A stretch of DNA of 64,000 nt from an uncultured Candidatus Saccharibacteria bacterium (GTDB lineage: Bacteria; Patescibacteriota; Minisyncoccia; UBA6257; JAKLIH01), in NCBI GenBank assembly GCA_964475745.1, contig CAYYXO010000002.1, positions 11,679 through 75,678 of the forward strand, written 5' to 3'. The notes under the pieces were generated by a model, which did no database searches, had not been told where the DNA came from, and saw only the letters and a list, made by a program, of their open reading frames with translations. The position numbers and the translations under genes were made by a program. Positions 1 through 11,253 of the stretch are shown here, piece after piece (position 1 is the first letter of the stretch; each line of letters begins with the position of its first letter).

Positions 1-28
1 ATCGAAGTTTTTAGTGAATAAGATAATC

Positions 29-57
29 TTGCATTTTGTAATTTTTTGTGATATAAT
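29..57 (+). promoter_or_regulatory. sigma70-type promoter for secE-nusG-rplK
   Basis: TTGCAT-17nt-TATAAT with TG upstream of -10. Confidence 0.6.
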
Positions 58-85
58 AATTGACATAGATTAAACTTTTTAAATT

Positions 86-274
86 ATGGGTATTTTGAAG
101 AAACCAATAAGCTTTTTTAAAGAGGCTTTATTGGAATTGAAAAAGGTTCATTGACCAACAAAGAAAGAAGCCATTGCGCTAACAGGGGCAGTTTTAGTGA
201 TTGCTACTTTTTACGCGTTATTATTGTCTGGAATGGATTTTTCACTTAGTGAAATATTGCTAAAAATCTTTTAA
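86..274 (+). CDS. secE: preprotein translocase SecE
   Basis: ELKKVH(TGA=W)PTKKE matches the SecE KVxWP motif; one TM; precedes nusG; absent from ORF track. Confidence 0.92.
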
Positions 275-297
275 AAATAATTATAAGATAAAAACTT

Positions 298-846
298 ATG
301 GCTCGACAAGAGTTGGATTTAGGTAAAAATTGATATGTTTTGCATACTTCTCCTGGTTATGAGGAGGCAGTGGCAAAAAATTTGAAATCCAGAATAGAGG
401 CTTTTGATTTAACCGATAAAGTTTTTGATGTTTTGGTGCCTATTGAACAAAAAATAAAAATAAAAAATGGCAAAAGAACAACCTATGAAGAAAAAATTTT
501 TCCAGGGTATGTTTTTGTTGAAATGGTTGTTGATGATACTTCTTGATATGTAGTTCGTAACACACCACATGTAACAGGTTTTATTGGAGCAGGAACAACC
601 CCATTGCCAGTTGACAAAGGTGAAATGGATTTAATTTTTAAAAGAATTGGCGGAAGTGATCCTCATTATAAAATTGATTTTTCTGTCGGAGAAAAAGTTA
701 AAATAATAGATGGTCATTTTAAAGATTTTGATGGAGTAATAGAAGAGATTGATGCTGTGAAAGGTCGTATTAAAGTTTCAGTAGGTATTTTTGGCCGAGA
801 AACAAAAGTAGATGTTGATTTTCTACAAGTAAGTAAATTGTCTTAA
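298..846 (+). CDS. nusG: transcription factor NusG
   Basis: (W)YVLHT, FPGYVFVEM, S(W)YVVRNTPHVTGF, KOW domain; TGA at 331 and 544 read as Trp. Confidence 0.97.
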
Positions 847-870
847 TAAAATTAGTTAATAAAATATTAT

Positions 871-1296
871 ATGTCAAACAAGAAAGTAAAAACAGTTATT
901 AAATTAGAAATTCCAGCTGGGGCAGCTAACCCAGCTCCTCCAGTTGGTCCTGCGTTGGGTCAACATGGTATAAATATACAAGATTTTTGTTCTTCTTTTA
1001 ATGCTCAAACTCAAGAAAAAAAAGGAGATATAATCCCAGTGGAAATTTCCGTATATGAAGACAGAACTTTTTCTTTAGCCTTTAAGGAGCCGCCAGTGGC
1101 TAGCTTGTTATTAAAAGCAGCCAATATTCAAAAAGGTGCTGCAAATCCTTTGGCTAAAAAAGTAGCTAAGATTACTAAAGATCAAGTAAAAGAAATAGCC
1201 CAAAGAAAAATGCCTGATTTAAATGCTAATGATGTTGAAGGCGCTATGAAAATTATTGAAGGTACTGCTAGAAGCATGGGCATAGAAATTATTTAA
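871..1296 (+). CDS. rplK: 50S ribosomal protein L11
   Basis: [22 protein letters not shown]. Confidence 0.98.
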   Translation: MSNKKVKTVIKLEIPAGAANPAPPVGPALGQHGINIQDFCSSFNAQTQEKKGDIIPVEISVYEDRTFSLAFKEPPVASLLLKAANIQKGAANPLAKKVAKITKDQVKEIAQRKMPDLNANDVEGAMKIIEGTARSMGIEII

Positions 1297-1308
1297 TATT
1301 TTGAAAAG

Positions 1309-1338
1309 AAAAGCCAGCCTTTATGGGCTGGTTTTTTT
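1309..1338 (+). terminator. intrinsic terminator after rplK
   Basis: GCCAGCC-TTTAT-GGGCTGGT hairpin followed by T-tract. Confidence 0.75.
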
Positions 1339-1396
1339 GATTGAATAAATTTTTTGATTATGCTATAATAAAGAATGTATATATTAAAAAAATTTT

Positions 1397-2899
1397 ATGG
1401 TTAGCGAAGAAATAAAAAAACAATATTTGCCAACAATAGGACTAGAGATTCATATGGAAGCAAAAACAAGAAATAAAATGTTTTGTAGCTGTTTGAACGA
1501 CGCAGATGAACCAAAGTCAAACAAAAATATTTGTCCTATTTGTTTAGCTCATCCAGGAGTTTTGCCAACAATAAACAAAGAGGCAGTTGAAAAAATTTTA
1601 AAATTAGGCTTGGCTTTGAATTGTGATATTCCTGAAATAGCTAGGTTTGATAGAAAAAACTATTTTTATCCTGACTTGCCAAAAAGCTATCAAATAACAC
1701 AATTTTTTAAGCCGTTTTGTTTGAAAGGCAGTTTACCTTTATTTTTAGGAGAAGAAGACTTATCAGAAGTAGCCATTACAAGAATACATTTAGAAGAAGA
1801 TACTGGAAAGTTAAGTCATGAGAAAGAAAGAACTTTAGTGGATTATAATAGAGCTTCAAGGCCTTTAATTGAATTGGTGACTGAGCCAGAAATGCATGAT
1901 GCTAAAACAGCTAAATTGTTTGGAGAAAGCTTGCAAGTTATTTTAAAAAGTTTAGAAATTTCTGATGCTGACATGGAAAAAGGTCAGATGAGAGTGGAAG
2001 TTAATGTTTCTGTTGCTAAAAAAAGCCTGGGTAGTAAATTGGGCACAAAGGTAGAAGTAAAAAATATTAACTCATTTAGAGCAGTAGAAAAGGCCATAAA
2101 CTATGAAATAGAACGACAAATCGAACTTTTAGAAAAGGGAGAAAAAATAACTCAAGAAACAAGAGGATGAGATGATGTTAAAATGGTGACAGTTTCCCAG
2201 AGGATAAAAGAGGGTTCCGATGATTATCGTTATTTTCCAGATCCAGATTTGCCACAAATAAAAGCTTGAGGTAAAGACGGCATGTTTGATCTTGAAAAGC
2301 TAAAGAGTACTTTGGGAGAAATGCCTTATAACAAGAAAAAAAGATTGATAGCTGAATATAAAATCGAAGCAAAAAAAGCAAACCATTTGGTGGTAAATGA
2401 AAAAATCAGTAACTTTTTTGAAAGCGTTGTTTCAGAATTAAAAACCCTGTTTAAGTTGTTTGATCAAAAAGAAAAAGAGGCAGTCGGACTGATTTATAAT
2501 TATTTGACTTCAGATTTGTCGGGACTCATGGCTTTGAAAGAAATTTCTTTTGACGCTTTAAAAATTAAACCTTTTAATTTTGCTAAATTGATTTTATTGA
2601 TTTTAGAAAATAAAATTTCTTCTAAGGGGGCAAAAATTATTTTAGAAGAAATGTTAGAAAGCGAGAAGCGCCCAGAAATTATTATGCAAGAAAAAAATTT
2701 ACAACAGGTGTCTGATAATTCAGCAGTGGTTGAAATTATTCAAGAAATTTTAGATGAAAATCCGAAAGCTATTTTAGAATACAAGGAGGGTAAAATCAAT
2801 GCTTTGCAGTTTCTTATTGGTCAGATAATGAAAAAAAGCAAAGGAGCGGCCAATCCAAGCGTAGCAAAAACTTTATTAATAGAAGAACTAAAAAAATAA
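1397..2899 (+). CDS. gatB: Asp/Glu-tRNA amidotransferase subunit B
   Basis: [21 protein letters not shown](W)[12 protein letters not shown]; 2 TGA. Confidence 0.97.
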
Positions 2900-2905
2900 C
2901 CTTTT

Positions 2906-2941
2906 AAAAACCCTCTTATTTCACTAAATAAGAGGGTTTTT
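2906..2941 (+). terminator. intrinsic terminator after gatB
   Basis: AAAAACCCTCTTATTT...AAATAAGAGGGTTTTT inverted repeat. Confidence 0.75.
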
Positions 2942-3031
2942 GGGGCTTGTATTTTTATCAAAAAACTGATATAATAACCTAGTTAAAAGGTATTATCTTA
3001 TTTTTATAATTTATTTTAAACAAGTAAAAAC

Positions 3032-3580
3032 ATGAAAAATATTAAAAGCTATCTTTTGGAATTGATTGAGGTAGTAGTGATCGCCTTGCTAATAGTTATT
3101 CCTATTAGAATGTATCTAGTCACACCTTTTTTTGTGAGAGGTCAAAGCATGCAACCAAGTTTTCAAGACGGAGATTATTTGATAATTGACAAACTAAGCT
3201 TTAGAATTTCTGATCCCGAGAGAGGCGATATAGTTGTATTTAAGGCCCCTTTAGAGCAAAGTAGTTTTTATATAAAAAGAATTGTTGGTTTGCCAAGCGA
3301 AACAGTGGAAATAAAAGATGGCGGGTTAATAGTTTATAATAGCGACAACACAGAAGGCTGAGAATTAAAAGAATCATATTTGGAAAATCATCCAAATACT
3401 CCTGGTAATATAAAAATAAAACTCCAGGCAGATGAATTTTTTGTTTTAGGAGACAACAGGGAGGCTTCTTATGATTCAAGAGAGTGAGGCAGTTTAAAGG
3501 CGGATAGAATAGTTGGAAAGGTTTGGTTGAGGTTGGCACCCATTAATAAGGTGCAAGCTTTTTCTTTGCCTAAATATTAA
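3032..3580 (+). CDS. lepB: signal peptidase I
   Basis: GQSMQPS, YIKRIVGLP, GDNREASYDSRE(W)G. Confidence 0.95.
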
Positions 3581-3596
3581 TAATTAAATTATTATT

Positions 3597-4952
3597 ATGC
3601 CAAAAAAAGGAATTCGTTTTGTTGATATAAAAGAAAAGCTGAACAAGAAAAGTGAGCCTAAAAGAACAACTAAAAAAGTTAAATCTGTTGATTTTAAAGC
3701 GGTAACCAAAACAAAAGATATTTTTGGTAGAAATCTGAAGGTTTGAAAAGATTTAGAAGAACAAGTTGGTGAAGTTTTAAAATTTTATCAATTTGATAGT
3801 ATTGAAACCCCAATGATAGAATACAAGGATTTAATATTTAAGGGTGCTTGAAAAAACCAAGAAGAAAAAAAGAAAAGATTTTTTTGAGTTGAAAAAGCAG
3901 GTGAAAAAAGCATGATGCTTAGGCCGGATTTGATGTCAGGCATTTTAAGAAGTTATTTTGAAAACAAGATGCAAAATCAAAGCCAGCCAGTTAGATTTTT
4001 TTCTTTGGGTCCAGTTTTTATAGATGATGAAGAAAAAAACTTTAGCCAATATAGTCAGCTGACCTTAGAAGCCATTGGTGACAGTAGTGCTATCATTGAG
4101 ATAGAAATAATAAATACTATAAAAAACTTATTTGAGGATTTTGGTTTTGGCAATGTTTCTGTAGAAATAGACAATATTGGATGTGAAAAATGTAAAGAAG
4201 CTTATGAAAAAGAAGTAAAAAAATATTATAAAGATATAAAAACAAAAGTTTGTACTAAATGCAAAAAGATTACCAAGGATAATTTTTTGAAACTGCTTGA
4301 CTGTAATGAAGAGAAATGTAAAGCATTAAGATTTGGCTTGAAAAGTTTTGACGAATTTTGATGTTCAGAATGTAAAAATCATTTTGTAAATATTACAGAA
4401 TATTTAGATTTTTTGAAAATTGAATATTCTTTGGTGGCCAATCTAGACAAATACACTCCGTTTGACAATAAAATTGTTTTTAAAGTAAATGTTTTTGATA
4501 AGGAAAAAAAATATGAAGCTGCTTTTGGCTCAAGGCACGATAATTTGATTAGAAATATAAGCAATAATGGAAAATATGGAGTGGGCTGTAATATTAACTT
4601 AAATTTGCTGTTTAAAGCCTTTAGAGAAAATGCACAAAAAAACAAACCAGAAGAAAAAGAGTTTTCCGTGTTTTTGATACAAATTGGAGATACAGCAAAA
4701 AGAAAAGCTTTTGAAGTGGTAGAAAGCTTAAGAAAAGAAGGAATTATTGCTAAAACCAATTTAAGTAAGGACAGCTTAAGAGCTCAAATATCCATGGCTG
4801 AAAAAGAAAAAGTAAATTGCATATTGATTATTGGCCAAGAGGAAGTTATCAGGGGAGAGGTGATTTTGAGAGATTTTCAATCAGGGTTGCAAGAAAGCGT
4901 TTCTTTTGCTAAACTAATACCAAATTTAATTAAACGAAAAGCAAGCAATTAA
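3597..4952 (+). CDS. HisRS paralog with degenerate catalytic motifs, anticodon-binding domain retained
   Basis: IETP, LRPD, QPVRFFSLGPVF, CxxC insert and HGTP anticodon-type C-terminus; motif 2 and motif 3 arginines missing; 4 TGA. Confidence 0.8.
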
Positions 4953-4978
4953 TAAAAATCGAATAAATAAAGAAAATA

Positions 4979-5203
4979 ATGGCTATTAAAATTACTAAAA
5001 AAGACAAAGAATCAACTTCAGCTTTTTTGTATAGAGCAAGTCAAGTTATACAAAAAAGTGGTGTTTTGATACAGGCAAATAAAAAGCAAACAAATAAAAA
5101 GAAAAATAACGAAAGAGGAAAGAAATTGTCAGCTCTCCATAAGATTAATTTTAAAAAAGATATCGAGTATAAGAAAAAGATGGGCTTGCCAATAAAAAAA
5201 TAA
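4979..5203 (+). CDS. rpsU: 30S ribosomal protein S21-like
   Basis: small basic protein, IKITKKDKESTSAFLYR...QKSGVL resembles the bS21 pattern. Confidence 0.7.
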   Translation: MAIKITKKDKESTSAFLYRASQVIQKSGVLIQANKKQTNKKKNNERGKKLSALHKINFKKDIEYKKKMGLPIKK

Positions 5204-5207
5204 TTTT

Positions 5208-5660
5208 ATGGAACCAGAGTTTTTGTTATACAACAATAGCAAGGAAGAAAGAAGAGTTGTGAATTTTGTTAAAAAAGCAACCAGCAATATTTTAAAAGCA
5301 GAAAGTTTTTTAAAAATTCTAAAAAATAGAAAAATACAAAACTTCTCTTTTTCGATAATTTTAGAAGATAAAAAAACAACAAGGAGGTTAAATAGGGAAT
5401 GGCGTGGTAAAAACAAAATTCCAGATATATTATCTTTTTCTTTGTTAGAAAAAGATTTGTCAAAAACGATTTTGGGAGATATTTTTTTAACCCCAGAAAA
5501 GATAATAAAAGAATCAAAAGAAGGTCTGTTGATGGTTTTTCAGAAATTAATAATACATGGATTGCTTCATTTGCTAGGCTATGATCATGAAAAGGAAAAA
5601 AACTATTTGGAAATGAGCAAAGAAGAGACAAAAATTTTAAAAGAATTAATTAATAATTAA
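5208..5660 (+). CDS. ybeY: rRNA maturation endonuclease YbeY
   Basis: LNREWRGKNK.PDILSF, HGLLHLLGYDHE. Confidence 0.95.
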   Translation: MEPEFLLYNNSKEERRVVNFVKKATSNILKAESFLKILKNRKIQNFSFSIILEDKKTTRRLNREWRGKNKIPDILSFSLLEKDLSKTILGDIFLTPEKIIKESKEGLLMVFQKLIIHGLLHLLGYDHEKEKNYLEMSKEETKILKELINN

Positions 5661-5671
5661 AATTAATATTT

Positions 5672-6877
5672 ATGAAAAACGCCTTATTGTCATTGGATGT
5701 CGGCACAAATAATATTTATGCGGTTTTGTTTCAATGCGAACAAAAACCCCAAGTGCTGCTTTCTATAAAAAAACCTTCCAATGGCGTGAGAAAGGGCTCA
5801 ATTCAAAATATTAATGAAGTTGTTCAAAATATTGACGGCCTGCTTGATGAAATTACCAGAGCAAGAGGCAAAAATGTTTCTCAAATTGTAATGAGCATTG
5901 GTGGGGCAAATGTTAGTATGACTAAAAGTCGCGGCATTGCTTTGATTTCCGGGAGAAACAATGTTGTTGATAGAGATACAATTGTTCGTTCGCAAAATTC
6001 ATCAAAAGCTTTGTTTTTGCCACCAGGAAGATCAACTTTACATGCGATTCCTCAAAGATATATTGTTGATGGCAATGAATTCGATGTGGAGCCATTAGGT
6101 ATGTCAGGTATGAGATTGGAAGTAGAAAGTGCTATAATAGATACAGATATTATGTCAATTAATAATGTTTCTCAAATAGCAGACAGTACAGGAGCTAGAA
6201 TAACAAATATATTTGCCAATCCTTTAAGCGGAACTTATTCTACTTTGAACAGAAAAGAAAAAGACTTAGGAGTTGTTGGCATTGATTTGGGAGCTAGCAC
6301 CACCACTATTTCGGTTTTTGAAGAAGGAAAACTAGTTTTTATGAAAACTATTCCTGTTGGTTGTGGCAAGATTAGCGACGATATTTGCTTATGACTTCAA
6401 ATAGCTCAAGAAGAGGGAGAAAAAATAAAATTACAATCAGGAGATGCTTATCCTGATAAAGTTGACAGTAAGGAGATATTAAACTTGGGAGATTTTGTTG
6501 CAAATGAAGACAGAAAGTTTAAAAAGAAAGATTTAGCTATGGTTATTTCTGCTAGACTGGAACAAATTTTTGATTTGATAAATAAAGAGCTAAAACAAAT
6601 AAATAAATTTGCTAATTTGCCAGGAGGAGCTGTTTTGTATGGAGGCGGATCTTTGATGCCACACATTATTGAACTAGCTAGAGAATGTTTAAAATTGCCA
6701 GCAAGAGTTGCTTTGCCGGAGGTAGAAGGTCATATTGAAGAAGATCCAGGATTTGCTGTTGCAATGGGTAATATTAAATTTATGTTTGAAGATAAAAATA
6801 TATCTGATAATTGTGTTGATTCAGGTGGAGGCCTTTTGGGCAAGATATTTAAAATGTTTGATAAGTTTAATTTATAA
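5672..6877 (+). CDS. ftsA: cell division protein FtsA
   Basis: LDVGT, GVRKG, PLGMSGMRLE, IDLGASTT; upstream of ftsZ; TGA at 6392. Confidence 0.93.
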
Positions 6878-6908
6878 TTAATAAAATACAATAATTAACA
6901 AGAAGGAT

Positions 6909-8153
6909 ATGGCAAACACAAACAATACAAAAGAAGAAGAAGTAGTAAGAAGCTCGAGTGCAACAAGTCCAAGGCCTAAAGTAAAAATTAAAATAGTTGG
7001 TATTGGAGGGGCAGGAGGAAATATTTTGACTAGAATGTATAAAAAGAAAACAGATGGAGTTGATTTTGTTGCTATTAATACTGACACTCAAGGTCTTCAT
7101 TATACTAAAGCAGATCAAAAAATAAATATTGGATTAAATGTAACAAGGGGATTGGGTGCTGGCATGGATCCAGAAATTGGTCAAAAATCTGCCGAAGAGA
7201 GTTCAAAAGATGTTGCTGAAATATTAGGCAAGCCAGATTTGATTTTTATTGCTTGTGGTTTGGGAGGTGGTACTGGCTCAGGAGCCGCTCCAATTGTTGC
7301 TAAATTAGCAAAAGATACTGGTGCTATTGTAGTGGCAGTAGTCACAAAGCCTTTCTTTTTTGAAGGAGCAAAAAGAATGGAGATAGCAAATGAAGCCTGG
7401 GAAAAATTATTTAAAAATGTTGATTCAACTATTACTATAAACAACGATAGGATATTTAATATAATTGAAAAAGATACTCCGGTACTCGATGCTTTTAAGC
7501 AAATTGATGAGATATTAAAACAAGGTGTAAAGGGTATTTCAGATTTGATAAATTATCCTGGTTTAATTAATTTAGATTTTGCTAATTTAAGAACTATTTT
7601 AAAAGATTCAGGAGAGTCAATTATTGGCATTGGTAGGGCTACTGGAAAAGATAGAGCTATAAAAGCAGCCAAGATGGCTATCGAATCTCCTTTATTGGAA
7701 TTATCTATAAAGGGAGCTTCAAGAATTTTATTTAACATCAGCGGTCAAAATGATTTGTCACTTTCTGAAATAACAGAAGCAGCAAGAATTATTACTGACA
7801 ATGCTGCTAAAGATTCAAAAATAATTTTTGGGGCATCTTATGACAATGAATTAAAAAGCGGTGAATTAAAAATAACAGTAATTGCCGGTGGCTTTAATAA
7901 AGAAGATGAAGGAGAAAAGTTGGTTTCTAATGAGCAGTTTGTTTCTTTTTTTAAAAAGGAAAATGATGATTTCTATAATCTAAATCAAAAAATAGACGAT
8001 CAAGAAGAGGAAAATGACAATGAAGATAAAGAAATCAAAGAAGAAGATGTTTTAGAAATGGAAGAAGAAAGCAAAAAGACATTTGATTCAAAAGATGATG
8101 AGGATGATATTGATATTCCACCATTTTTGAGAAAATTTAAAAAACAAAAATAG
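6909..8153 (+). CDS. ftsZ: cell division protein FtsZ
   Basis: GLGGGTGSG, INLDFA, C-terminal DIPPFLR. Confidence 0.98.
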   Translation: MANTNNTKEEEVVRSSSATSPRPKVKIKIVGIGGAGGNILTRMYKKKTDGVDFVAINTDTQGLHYTKADQKINIGLNVTRGLGAGMDPEIGQKSAEESSKDVAEILGKPDLIFIACGLGGGTGSGAAPIVAKLAKDTGAIVVAVVTKPFFFEGAKRMEIANEAWEKLFKNVDSTITINNDRIFNIIEKDTPVLDAFKQIDEILKQGVKGISDLINYPGLINLDFANLRTILKDSGESIIGIGRATGKDRAIKAAKMAIESPLLELSIKGASRILFNISGQNDLSLSEITEAARIITDNAAKDSKIIFGASYDNELKSGELKITVIAGGFNKEDEGEKLVSNEQFVSFFKKENDDFYNLNQKIDDQEEENDNEDKEIKEEDVLEMEEESKKTFDSKDDEDDIDIPPFLRKFKKQK

Positions 8154-8161
8154 AAAAATTT

Positions 8162-8190
8162 AAAAAAGTCACTAAAAGTGACTTTTTTAA
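8162..8190 (+). terminator. terminator after ftsZ
   Basis: AAAAAAGTCACT-AAA-AGTGACTTTTTT. Confidence 0.7.
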
Positions 8191-8323
8191 ATTTGTAGTT
8201 GAAAAGGATAGCAAAAATAGGCCTTTTTAGGGGTTGACTTTTTTTGGGATTTGTCTATAATATTTATACATCAAAAATAAGGCGGATGCTGGTCATAATT
8301 TTAATAATCTCTAAAAAATTATT

Positions 8324-10552
8324 ATGAAAGAAAGCAAAAAAAATAGCCCTAAGTTGTTAAAAAATAAAGAGGCACAAAAGGAGAAAGATTTGAAGAAAGT
8401 AAAAATAGAATATCATATTAAAAAAATACAAAACAGAGATGGTTTAATAAATAGCTTTGACGAATCTAAGATACGCAATGCTATTTTTAAAGCATTTACA
8501 TCTACTGGCGAAGGTGATGAGAAAACAGTTGATAAGATATTAAGTAAAGTTTTGTATATTTTAAATAAAAGGTTTAAAAAAGATGAAGCTCCAACAGTGG
8601 AAAACATTCAAGACATTGTGGAAGAATGTTTGATGACTTTTGGGTACACAGAGACAGCCAAAAACTATATTTTATATCGTGAACAACGTCGCCGTATCAG
8701 AGAAAGTAAAATTGCATCTGGTGAAGCAGTTGATATTGTTGACGAATATTTAAAAGAGCTTGATTGAGAGGTAAAAGAAAATAGTAATACCACTTACTCT
8801 TTGCAGGGCATGAATAATTATATTGCTAATTATGTTTCAAAAAAATATTGATTAAATAAAATTTATACTCCAGAAATACGAAAAGCAAATAGAGAAAACT
8901 TTTTTCACATTCATGATTTAGGAACTATAGGTGCTTATTGTTGCGGTTGAGATTTATATGATTTATTGGTAAAAGGTTTTGGTGGGGTTTCAAGCAAAAT
9001 TCAATCAAAGCCACCAAAACATTTAAGAACTGCTTTAGGTCAAATTGTAAATTATTTTTATACTTTACAAGGAGAGGTGGCTGGCGCTCAAGCTTTTTCA
9101 AGTTTTGATACTTATCTTGCTCCGTTTATTCGTCATGATAAATTAAGCTATGCAGAAGTTAAACAAGCATTGCAAGAATTTATTTTTAATTGCAATGTGC
9201 CGACTCGCGTTGGATTTCAAACTCCTTTTACTAATGTTACGCTTGATTTAAAATGCCCAAGCCATACTAAGGATTTACCAGTAATTATTGGTGGAGTTCC
9301 TCAAAAAGAAACTTATGGTGAATATCAAGAAGAGATGGATCTTTTTAATAAAGTTTTATGCGAAGTATATACAGAAGGAGATGCCACTGGAAGAGTGTTT
9401 ACTTTTCCAATTCCAACTTACAATATAACTAAAGATTTTGAATGAGATAATCATGCTTTTGAGGGTATTTGAAAAATGACAGCAAAATATGGCATTCCTT
9501 ACTTTTCTAACTTTATTAATTCTGAAATGTCCCCAGAAGATGCTCGCTCGATGTGTTGTCGCCTTCGTCTCGATAATAGAGAGCTATATAAAAGAGGAGG
9601 AGGTTTGTTTGGGGCCAATCCAAAAACAGGAAGTGTGGGCGTGGTTACTTTAAATTTGCCAAGAATTGCTTATTTGTCAAAAACCAAAAATCAATTATTT
9701 AAAAACATTAGAAAATATATGGATTTGGCAAGAGAATCTTTAGAAATAAAAAGAAAAACCATTGAAAAATTAACAGACAAAGGTCTTTATCCCTATAGTA
9801 AATATTATTTACAAGATGTGGTAAAAATGAGAGGCTCTTATTGAGCAAATCATTTTTCTACTATTGGTATTGTTGGTGGCAATGAAGCAGCACTTAATTT
9901 TATTGGTCAAGACATTACCACAGCAGAAGGAAAAAGTTTTGTTTTGGAAATGCTGGATTTTATGAGATCTGTTTTGGTTGAATATCAAAAAGAAGACGAT
10001 GGCTTGTATAATTTAGAAGCAACACCAGCAGAAGGGACAGGTTTTCGTTTGGCAAGGCTGGACAAAAAAGAATTTCCAGATATTATTACTTCTGGCACAG
10101 ACAAAACGCCTTATTATACCAATTCAACACAAATGCCAGTTAATTTTTCAGATGACTTGTTTGAGGTTTTGGATTGGCAAGATGACTTGCAAACAAAATA
10201 TACTGGAGGAACAGTTTTGCATGGTTTTATTGGAGAAGAAATTTCAGAATATGAGTCGGTTAAGTCTTTGATAAGAACCATTTTTACAGACTATAAATTG
10301 CCTTATTTAACAGTAACACCAACATTTAGTGTTTGCCCAACGCATGGCTATTTAGCAGGAGAGCATGAGCTTTGTCCTAAATGCATTGTGGAGCAAAAAT
10401 GTGAAGTTTATTCTAGGGTGGTAGGCTATTTAAGACCAGTAGTAAATTGGCATGCCGGTAAACAACAGGAATTTAAAGATAGGGTGGAATTTACTATTAA
10501 AAGACAGTTTAATGTTTTTGATAATAAAAAAACGCCAGTAAATAAAAAATAA
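8324..10552 (+). CDS. nrdD: anaerobic (class III) ribonucleoside-triphosphate reductase with N-terminal ATP cone
   Basis: ATP cone (KIQNRDG..FDESKI), HIHDL, SMCCRL, EATPAEG, YSRVVGYLRPV glycyl-radical motif; 6 TGA. Confidence 0.95.
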
Positions 10553-10553
10553 A

Positions 10554-11252
10554 ATGCTTATAGGTGGTTTTCAAAAATTAACTTTAATTGATTATCCTAA
10601 GAAAATTGCAACCATTGTTTTCACAGTTGGTTGCAATTTTCGATGTGGGTTTTGCTATAATTTAGATTTGGTTATACCAAGTAGGAAAAAATCTTTGACA
10701 CTAACAAAAGAAGATGATTTTTTTGATTTTTTAGCTTCAAGAAAAGGGAAATTGGAGGCAGTTGTTGTCACTGGTGGAGAACCTACTTTACAAAAAGATT
10801 TAGAAATTTTTTTAAAGAAAATTAAATCTCTGGGTTTTTTAGTTAAACTAGACACCAATGGAACAGCCCCAGAGAAAATAAAAAAATTGATTAAAAAGGG
10901 GTTGGTTGATTATATTGCTATGGACATAAAAAATCGCCTTACAGAAAGTAAATATAAAAAAATTGTTGGCACAAAAGTAGATATAAACGCTATTAAAAAA
11001 AGCATTAAACTTCTTATGGAAAATAAGATTGATTATGAATTTAGAACAACCATGGCTCCTGGAATTACCAAGGAGGATCTGTTGTCAATAGCAAAATCAA
11101 TCAAAGGAGCAAAAAAATATTTTTTACAGGAGTTTAAAGATACTGAAGTAATTGACTTGGGCTGTAAAAAAGATGCCTGGTTAAAAGAAGAAGAGCTGAA
11201 AGATTTTAAAAAAGAAATTGATAAACTGGTAAAATATTCAAAAATAAGATAA
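10554..11252 (+). CDS. nrdG: class III RNR activating radical SAM protein
   Basis: GCNFRCGFCYN, TGGEPT; adjacent to nrdD. Confidence 0.93.
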   Translation: MLIGGFQKLTLIDYPKKIATIVFTVGCNFRCGFCYNLDLVIPSRKKSLTLTKEDDFFDFLASRKGKLEAVVVTGGEPTLQKDLEIFLKKIKSLGFLVKLDTNGTAPEKIKKLIKKGLVDYIAMDIKNRLTESKYKKIVGTKVDINAIKKSIKLLMENKIDYEFRTTMAPGITKEDLLSIAKSIKGAKKYFLQEFKDTEVIDLGCKKDAWLKEEELKDFKKEIDKLVKYSKIR

Positions 11253-11253
11253 C

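Noticed and set aside
4965-4980. Compensatory SD (AAAGAAA) pairing with the altered 16S tail before rpsU and queA
   Set aside because: Only 2-3 nt from the start codon and expected by chance in A-rich DNA; needs a genome-wide test.
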